In this document: piece after piece, positions 53,594 through 59,226 of the stretch
Layout of the letters: each line of letters starts with the position of its first letter
How positions within the stretch are numbered: the stretch's first letter is position 1
Assembly: GCA_017883585.1 (NCBI GenBank)
Contig: JADGNG010000010.1
Coordinates: forward strand, 1-59,226
Origin: Candidatus Bathyarchaeota archaeon
GTDB lineage: Archaea > Thermoproteota > Bathyarchaeia > TCS64
Direction: 5' to 3'
DNA: 59,226 bases
Program-made: the position numbers and the translations under genes
The notes under the pieces: generated by a model
The model's database searches: none
Seen by the model: only the letters and a program-made list of their open reading frames with translations
What the model was told of the DNA's origin: nothing

Positions 53594-55501
53594 CTATGCC
53601 CGCTCCGGCCTTATCCTGCTGAGCCTCAGAGCATTCAGGATAACCACTAGGCTCAACCCCATGTCACCTACCGCGACGGCTATCCACAGCGTCACGAAGC
53701 CGGGCAGCGCCAGCAGGGCCACGCCGAGCTTCACAACGACGCTGAGCGTGATGTTCTCCCTTATCCGCCGCATCGTGGCTCGGCTCAGGTCCACCGCGTA
53801 GGGGACCCTGTCGAGCCTGTCTTGCATGAGGGCTATGTCCGCCGTCTCTAACGCCACGTCGCTCCCCATGGCGCCCATCGCTATGCCCACGTCCGCCTTC
53901 GCCAGTGCTGGCGCGTCGTTGACGCCATCTCCGACCATGACGACGCCGCCCAGCGACCTGAGGGAATCGACCGCAGCCACCTTCTCCTCGGGTAGGAGCC
54001 CGGCTCTGTATCCGTCGACCCCAAGCCTCCCCGCTATCTCGCGGGCAGTCTCCTCGTTGTCCCCCGTCAGCATCTCGACGCGCAGCCCACGCGCCTTCAA
54101 AGCGGCTATCGCCGCCGACGCCTCAGGCCGCACTTTATCCGTGAGGGTGAGCGACCCGATAATCGCTTGATCTTTGGCGACGAGGATAACGGTCTTCCCG
54201 GCGTCCTCAGGCTTGAGGGTACCCCCGTTTGCTATGCCAAGCTCCGCGAATAGCCTCGGGTTCCCAACGCAGATCGTGTTCTCTCCGAGCTGCGCCTGGA
54301 CTCCCCGCCCGGGGTAGGTCTTGAAGCCCGTCGGCTCCCCCCCGGCCACATTCTCCTTCTGCGCCCTCTCGACTATCGCCTCGCCGATGGGGTGCTCCGA
54401 CTTCGCCTCGAGGGCGGCCGCACAGCGCAGAACCTCGTTGGGCTCAGCCCCGCGGACCTCACTAACCTCAAGCTCGCCGCGAGTCAGCGTCCCCGTCTTG
54501 TCGAAGGCCACCACCTTCGCCCTCGATAGCTCCTCGATGTGTATGCTCCCCTTAACCAGCACGCCGTTCTTGCTGGCGCTAGCTATCGCGGAGACCATGG
54601 CCACCGGCGTGGAGATTGCTAGCGCGCAGGGGCAGGCGACTACCAGCATAACCATCGACCTGTAGACCCAGTCGATCAGCGGTTGCCCCAGCAGAAGCGG
54701 GGGGACGGTCGCTACTATCAACGCCGCGGCTATGACAGCCGGTGTGTACCAACGCGAGAACCTGTCAACGTAAGCCTCGGTCGGCGACTTGCTCTCCTCC
54801 GCCTCCTCCACGAGGTGGAGTATCCGGGAGAGGGTCGACTCCTCCGCCATCGTCGTCGCACGCACCGCGATGAAGCCGTCAACATTAATCGTTCCCGCGT
54901 AGACGTCGTCACCGATGGCCTTCGCCACGGGCACCGACTCGCCTGTGATGGCGGACTGGTCGACGCTTGACTCCCCATCCGAGACCTCGCCGTCGAGGGG
55001 GACGCGGGCACCAGGCCTGAGGACGAAGACCTCCCCCGGCATCACCTCACCTACGGGGACGTCCACCTCCACGCCGTTCCGCCTAACAACGGCGACCTCC
55101 GGCCTGAGTTGAACCAGCTCCTCGATGGCGTGGCGCGCCTTCTCACCCGCGTAGTTCTCCAGCCTCTCCGCAAGGTTGAAGAGCAAAACCACGGCAACAC
55201 CCTCCTCCAGATGGCCTATGAGGCTCGCCCCAACCGCCGCGACGGTGATGAGGAGGTCGATGGACACCTTCCCGTGGAGGAGGGACTTCACACCCGAGAC
55301 TACTATGCTGTAACCCGAAACCACCATCGAGGCTAAAAGCAGTATATTCGAGAAGATGCTCGGGCCAAGGATAAAGCTCATAATGAGGCCGACAGCGAGG
55401 GCGGCACCGGAGAAGACGAGCCCCCATACGCTGGCGCTGCCCCCCTCCTCGTGGCCGTGAAATCCCTCGTCGTGGTCATGACGCTCGTGTCCCTCAGCCA
55501 A
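53594..55501 (-). CDS. P1B-2-type (Zn/Cd/Pb-like) heavy-metal-translocating ATPase with His-rich N-terminus
   Basis: CPCALAISTP, DKTGTLT, GDGVNDAP. TM7 N-x7-K (NITLSVVVK) and TM8 D-x-G-x7-N (DMGLSLVVILN) are signatures of the Zn/Cd/Pb subgroup. The N-terminus MAEGHERHDHDEGFHGHEE has no HMA domain. Confidence 0.9.
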   Translation of the reverse strand: MAEGHERHDHDEGFHGHEEGGSASVWGLVFSGAALAVGLIMSFILGPSIFSNILLLASMVVSGYSIVVSGVKSLLHGKVSIDLLITVAAVGASLIGHLEEGVAVVLLFNLAERLENYAGEKARHAIEELVQLRPEVAVVRRNGVEVDVPVGEVMPGEVFVLRPGARVPLDGEVSDGESSVDQSAITGESVPVAKAIGDDVYAGTINVDGFIAVRATTMAEESTLSRILHLVEEAEESKSPTEAYVDRFSRWYTPAVIAAALIVATVPPLLLGQPLIDWVYRSMVMLVVACPCALAISTPVAMVSAIASASKNGVLVKGSIHIEELSRAKVVAFDKTGTLTRGELEVSEVRGAEPNEVLRCAAALEAKSEHPIGEAIVERAQKENVAGGEPTGFKTYPGRGVQAQLGENTICVGNPRLFAELGIANGGTLKPEDAGKTVILVAKDQAIIGSLTLTDKVRPEASAAIAALKARGLRVEMLTGDNEETAREIAGRLGVDGYRAGLLPEEKVAAVDSLRSLGGVVMVGDGVNDAPALAKADVGIAMGAMGSDVALETADIALMQDRLDRVPYAVDLSRATMRRIRENITLSVVVKLGVALLALPGFVTLWIAVAVGDMGLSLVVILNALRLSRIRPERA

Positions 55502-55573
55502 ATCGTGAGCCCCAGATTCAAGGATGGTTATCGGAAATCAGTTATTAACATAGTGCTAAGACTGGGCATTGTT

Positions 55574-55590
55574 TTATTAATTATTAATAA
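55574..55590. promoter_or_regulatory. Perfect 8-1-8 AT palindrome TTATTAAT-T-ATTAATAA in the divergent spacer
   Basis: Read directly. It lies about 70 nt from the ATPase start and about 90 nt from the XDH large-subunit start. It could be paired TATA boxes or an operator. Confidence 0.3.
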
Positions 55591-55680
55591 TATGTTTGGA
55601 TTTTATAGTAATTAGGCCTCATACAAGCTGGACAGAGCCTATCAACACTTTTAATCCCCGATGCGCGAGAATCATACGAA

Positions 55681-58032
55681 ATGTCCGGGCAGAGCCTCTA
55701 CGCCGTCATCGGAAAGGATACACCGAGGAAGGACGGTATCTCAAAGGTCACGGGGCAGGAGCGATTCTCCAGCGACCTCGCAATACCGGGGATGCTACAC
55801 GCCCGCATCCTCAAGAGCCCACACCCACACGCACGGGTCATACGAATAGACAAGGAGGAGGCAGAGAGAACCGGCGCGGTAGTCATCACCCCCGACGACG
55901 TACCCGACGCGAGGTTCTGCCCCCGCCTCGTCAGCACACCCGAGGTCACTTACAAGGACTGGCACATCCTTGCGAGAAAGCCCGTCTACGTCGGCGAGCC
56001 CATTGCCGTAGTCGCGGCTGAGACGGAGGAGCAGGCCCAGGCCGCACTGGAGCTACTCAAGGTGGAGTATGAGATCCTCCCCGCCTCCTACGACGCCATC
56101 GAAGCCATGAAGCTCGGCACAATGCTACACGACGAGATCACCCTCAAGGAGAACCACCTCAAGATCGAGAGCAATATAGCCTGCACCCTCGATACCAGGG
56201 AGGGTGACGTGGAGGCCGGCTTCAAGGATGCGGACGTCGTCATCGAGCACACCTACCGCACGAACCGCCGATACCACACCCAGCTAGAGACGAAGAGCGT
56301 CCTAGTCAAGCCCGAGCCCGACGGAGGAGTCACCATCTGGAGTACGACCCAGACCCTCCATAACACCCGGCTCCTCCTGCACGAAATATTCGGCCTCCCC
56401 ATGGGCAAAATACGTGTCATGAAGGCGAGCCTAGGCGGCAGCTTCGGCTCAAGCATCCAGGTCAATACGGTTGTCCCCATCGCCGTCGCGTTGGCGCTTA
56501 AAGCAAGGAAGCCCATACGCCTCAGCCTCACACGCGAGGAGGACCTACACGACCATGTCAGCTACAGCATGATATTCAACCTCAAGATGGGGGTCAAGCG
56601 GAGCGGTAAGCTAACTGCGGGGCACCTCGACGCGTGGCTCGACATCGGAGGCCACCAGATTCAGGCCCATCCACTCCTCGGCTGCATAGTCGGGTGGTGG
56701 GTGAGCCTCTACAAGCTCCCCGCCAAGAGCTACCGGGGCATCGCAGTCTACACGAACAAGGTTCCGAGCTGCGCCTTCCGCGGCTACGGCAACCCACAGA
56801 TGACGTGGGCCACCGAGTGCATGATGGACGAGCTCGCCGAGGCGATCGGCATGGACCCGGTTGACTTCCGCCTCCAGAACTACATCGGCCAGGGCGACCT
56901 ATTCTGGGGACAGGGCCCGACCGTCAAGAGCATAATCCAGAGCTGCGGCGTTGAGGAGATACTCACCCGCGGCGCGAAGGAGATCGACTGGTACAACCGC
57001 CCGAAGGCGGGGAGCCAGGCGGGCCGCTACAGGCGAGGCATCGGGATGGGGCGCGGGTACCACACTAGCAGCGCCGGCGCACCAATACCAGGGACCGTCG
57101 TCGACTTTGGCGGAGCCCTTCTCAAGCTCAATGAGGATGGGACGCTCGATTACGTCACCGCGTTGATGGACCACGGCGGGGGCACCGTCGAAGCGCATGC
57201 CAAGATAATCGCCGAGGAGTTATGCGTCCCCCTCGATAACGTCAATATAATACAGGCAGATACGAGCACCACTGTCTACGACGTCTGCACACATGCCAGC
57301 AGAGGGATCTACTCGGGTGGGGGAGCCGCCCTAAAGGTGGCGAAGCAGGTTAAAGACAAGATCAGGGAGAACGCCGGAAAAATACTCGACGCTTACCCTC
57401 ATGCGCTTAAGTTCAGGGTGGACCTTGTGAAGAAGCAGGGGGTCGTCTACGCGGAGGGCGTAGCCGGAAGGGAGCTTACCTTCAAGGAGATCGCCTACAC
57501 GATGAGGCATAAGAACTGGGGCACTATAGCCTCAGTCGACAGCTACCGTCAACCCGCCTGCCCGCCACACTTCACCGGCTACTTCGTTGAGGTCGAGGTC
57601 GACACCTGGATTGGAAAGGTCCGCCCCATAAAGATCATCGCTGGCGCCGACATCGGAACCGTCATTAACCCGACCCTCGCCGCGGGGCAGATACACGGAG
57701 GCTTCGCACAGGGCTGGAGCATGACCCTCCTAGAGGACATGCAGCACGACCCCAAGACCGGCGACCTATACAACAGGGGCTTCCTCACCGACTACAAGAT
57801 ACCCACGGCGCAGGACATGCCCCACCTTGAGGACTTCAAGGTCTTCTTCGTGGACACCTACGAGGATACGGGCCCGTTTGGGGCGAAGGGAATCGGTGAG
57901 GGGGCGCTCAACCCCGTCGCTGGCGCAGTCGCCAACGCTATCCAGAACGCCCTCGGCGTCAGATTTTACGACCTACCTATAACCCGCGACAAGATACTCG
58001 CGGCGCTACACAAGAAGGAGGGACAGCAATGA
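55681..58032 (+). CDS. Xanthine dehydrogenase/aldehyde oxidase-family molybdopterin-binding large subunit
   Basis: 783 aa. GKDTPRKDGISKVTGQERFSSD N-terminus, SCAFRGYGNPQ active-site loop, GKGIGEGALNP near the C-terminus. Confidence 0.9.
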   Translation: MSGQSLYAVIGKDTPRKDGISKVTGQERFSSDLAIPGMLHARILKSPHPHARVIRIDKEEAERTGAVVITPDDVPDARFCPRLVSTPEVTYKDWHILARKPVYVGEPIAVVAAETEEQAQAALELLKVEYEILPASYDAIEAMKLGTMLHDEITLKENHLKIESNIACTLDTREGDVEAGFKDADVVIEHTYRTNRRYHTQLETKSVLVKPEPDGGVTIWSTTQTLHNTRLLLHEIFGLPMGKIRVMKASLGGSFGSSIQVNTVVPIAVALALKARKPIRLSLTREEDLHDHVSYSMIFNLKMGVKRSGKLTAGHLDAWLDIGGHQIQAHPLLGCIVGWWVSLYKLPAKSYRGIAVYTNKVPSCAFRGYGNPQMTWATECMMDELAEAIGMDPVDFRLQNYIGQGDLFWGQGPTVKSIIQSCGVEEILTRGAKEIDWYNRPKAGSQAGRYRRGIGMGRGYHTSSAGAPIPGTVVDFGGALLKLNEDGTLDYVTALMDHGGGTVEAHAKIIAEELCVPLDNVNIIQADTSTTVYDVCTHASRGIYSGGGAALKVAKQVKDKIRENAGKILDAYPHALKFRVDLVKKQGVVYAEGVAGRELTFKEIAYTMRHKNWGTIASVDSYRQPACPPHFTGYFVEVEVDTWIGKVRPIKIIAGADIGTVINPTLAAGQIHGGFAQGWSMTLLEDMQHDPKTGDLYNRGFLTDYKIPTAQDMPHLEDFKVFFVDTYEDTGPFGAKGIGEGALNPVAGAVANAIQNALGVRFYDLPITRDKILAALHKKEGQQ

Positions 58033-58925
58033 GCATCAACACACACGACACACACATCCTACACGGTTTCCAGTACCACGCACCGGCCAGCGTCGCGGAG
58101 GCGGTTAAGCTCCTCGACGAACACGGCATGGAGGCATCAATCCTCGCCGGGGGAACCGACCTCATCCCCAAGATGAAGCAGGCGCTCCTCAAGCCACGCC
58201 ACGTCGTCAACCTCAAACACATACCCGAGCTCGCGGGCGTCCGCGAGGAGGCGGAGCAGATCAGGATCGGCGCCTTCACACGGCTCCGCGACATCGAGCG
58301 CAGCATCATAGTCACTGAGAAGCTCCCCCTCCTACACGAGGCGGTCTTAGCCATCGGCTCCGTCCAGATCAGGAACATGGCGACGGTCGGGGGGAACATA
58401 TGCAACGCGTCCCCCGCAGCGGACAGCGCCCAGGCCCTCATCGCACTGGATGCGAAGGCGAACATAGCAGGACCATCCGGGGAGCGAAGCATCGAGTTGG
58501 AGAGCTTCTTCACGGGCCCCGGCAGGACCGTCCTCGGCAGGGGCGAATTCCTCGCGAGCCTCACCCTCCCCTACCCGGAGGCTGGTACCCGCGGCGCATT
58601 CATTAAGCTCGGCAGGACCAGCCTCGACCTAGCCACCGTCAGCATCGCCATCAACGCCAAGATGAGGAAGGAGACGGCCGAGAGCATCAAGGTCGTCATG
58701 GGCGCGGTCGCCCCCACGCCCCTCAGGCTCAGGAACGTCGAGCAGCAACTTACGAAGAGGAAGCTGACCGTCGAAGCCATCGAGGAGGCTGGTAGGTTGG
58801 TAAGCGAGAGCATCAAGCCCATCACAGACATCAGAGGCACCGCCGAGTACAGGCGCCTCGCCTCGAAGGGCCTCACCATGGAGGCACTGACTCGCATCCT
58901 CGAGGACTCAAGGAGGGAAAAGTGA
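58029..58925 (+). CDS. FAD-binding medium subunit of the XDH-family oxidoreductase (CoxM/CutB-like)
   Basis: ILAGGTDLIP and NMATVGGNICNASPAADS motifs, with TDIRGTAEYRR near the C-terminus. Overlaps the large-subunit stop by 4 nt. Confidence 0.88.
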   Translation: MSINTHDTHILHGFQYHAPASVAEAVKLLDEHGMEASILAGGTDLIPKMKQALLKPRHVVNLKHIPELAGVREEAEQIRIGAFTRLRDIERSIIVTEKLPLLHEAVLAIGSVQIRNMATVGGNICNASPAADSAQALIALDAKANIAGPSGERSIELESFFTGPGRTVLGRGEFLASLTLPYPEAGTRGAFIKLGRTSLDLATVSIAINAKMRKETAESIKVVMGAVAPTPLRLRNVEQQLTKRKLTVEAIEEAGRLVSESIKPITDIRGTAEYRRLASKGLTMEALTRILEDSRREK

Positions 58926-59226
58926 TGAATATCACCATAAAGGTCAACGGTAAGCCAAGGAACTTCGACGTCGAGCCCAACACGCTGCTCCTAAACCTCA
59001 TTCGGGAGAACATGATGCTGACCGGTGCCAAGTACGGCTGCGGCATCGGTGAGTGCGGCGCATGCACCGTCCTCCTCGACAGCGAGTCGGTCCTCGCCTG
59101 CATGATCCTGGCTGTCGACGCCGACGGGAGAAACGTCGAGACCATCGAGGGACTCGGGGAGTACGACAGCCTCCATCCCATCCAGGAGACGTACCTTGAG
59201 GAGGGCGCCGTCCAGTGCGGCTTCTG
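58925..59226 (+). CDS. [2Fe-2S] small subunit of the XDH-family oxidoreductase (CoxS/CutC-like), 3'-partial
   Basis: The ATG at 58925 overlaps the upstream TGA. MNITIKVNGKPR...GAKYGCGIGECGACTVLLD...QCGF is the plant-type plus second 2Fe-2S motif set. The frame is open to the window end, so it is absent from the ORF track. Confidence 0.86.
   Translation, partial: MNITIKVNGKPRNFDVEPNTLLLNLIRENMMLTGAKYGCGIGECGACTVLLDSESVLACMILAVDADGRNVETIEGLGEYDSLHPIQETYLEEGAVQCGF

Noticed and set aside
55681-58032. Aerobic carbon-monoxide dehydrogenase (CoxL) annotation for the Mo large subunit.
   Set aside because: The active-site loop is SCAFRGYGNPQ, not AYxCSFR (form I) or AYRGAGR (form II). The gene order is L-M-S rather than coxMSL.
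1-59226. Search for tRNA, rRNA, CRISPR arrays, inteins and selenocysteine or programmed-frameshift sites.
   Set aside because: - No T-loop/acceptor-like structures appear in any intergenic spacer, and no spacer exceeds about 300 bp.
- No regularly spaced direct repeats were seen.
- MetRS, Top6A/B, TopIB and the ATPases are colinear with homologues without insertions.
- The observed frameshifts lack slippery-site context and co-occur with other lesions.

Overview
Dense, GC-rich archaeal chromosomal segment with strong G/C third-position bias. I can support about 55 intact protein-coding genes and 4 decayed genes. I found no rRNA, tRNA, CRISPR array, integrase/transposase or other mobile element. 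Content is mostly housekeeping:
- Membrane transport and energy: ClC channel, two MFS transporters, a DMT transporter, H+-pyrophosphatase.
- Central metabolism: succinyl-CoA synthetase, triosephosphate isomerase, glycerol kinase, a nucleotide-sugar block.
- Information processing: MetRS and a 7-gene co-directional array (aIF-1A, Rio1, KH/Dim2-like, Top6B, Top6A, a small membrane protein, a nucleotidyltransferase).
- Cofactor and metals: a complete overlapping Moco operon (moaA-D-E-C-B-moeA) divergent from a TupABC-like tungstate/molybdate transporter, rubrerythrin, two P1B metal ATPases, and the start of an XDH-family L-M-S oxidoreductase operon.

The lineage-informative gene is a eukaryote-type topoisomerase IB with an intact catalytic pentad. 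It points to a Thaumarchaeota/Aigarchaeota-like (TACK) archaeon.

I did not find a convincing novel multi-gene system such as a defence island. The observations most worth a second look are:
1. The topIB gene has an unusually long coiled-coil linker and is wedged between two dead genes.
2. Decayed genes are dense here, with frameshifts at G/C homopolymers plus in-frame TAGs. This is either real gene decay or assembly error.
3. The ABC ATPase begins at a CTG directly after, and in frame with, the TAG stop of the permease.
4. An HMA-thioredoxin fusion is translationally coupled to a TRASH/YHS-type CopA.

Many long antisense ORFs in the six-frame track are GC-driven shadows and were not called.
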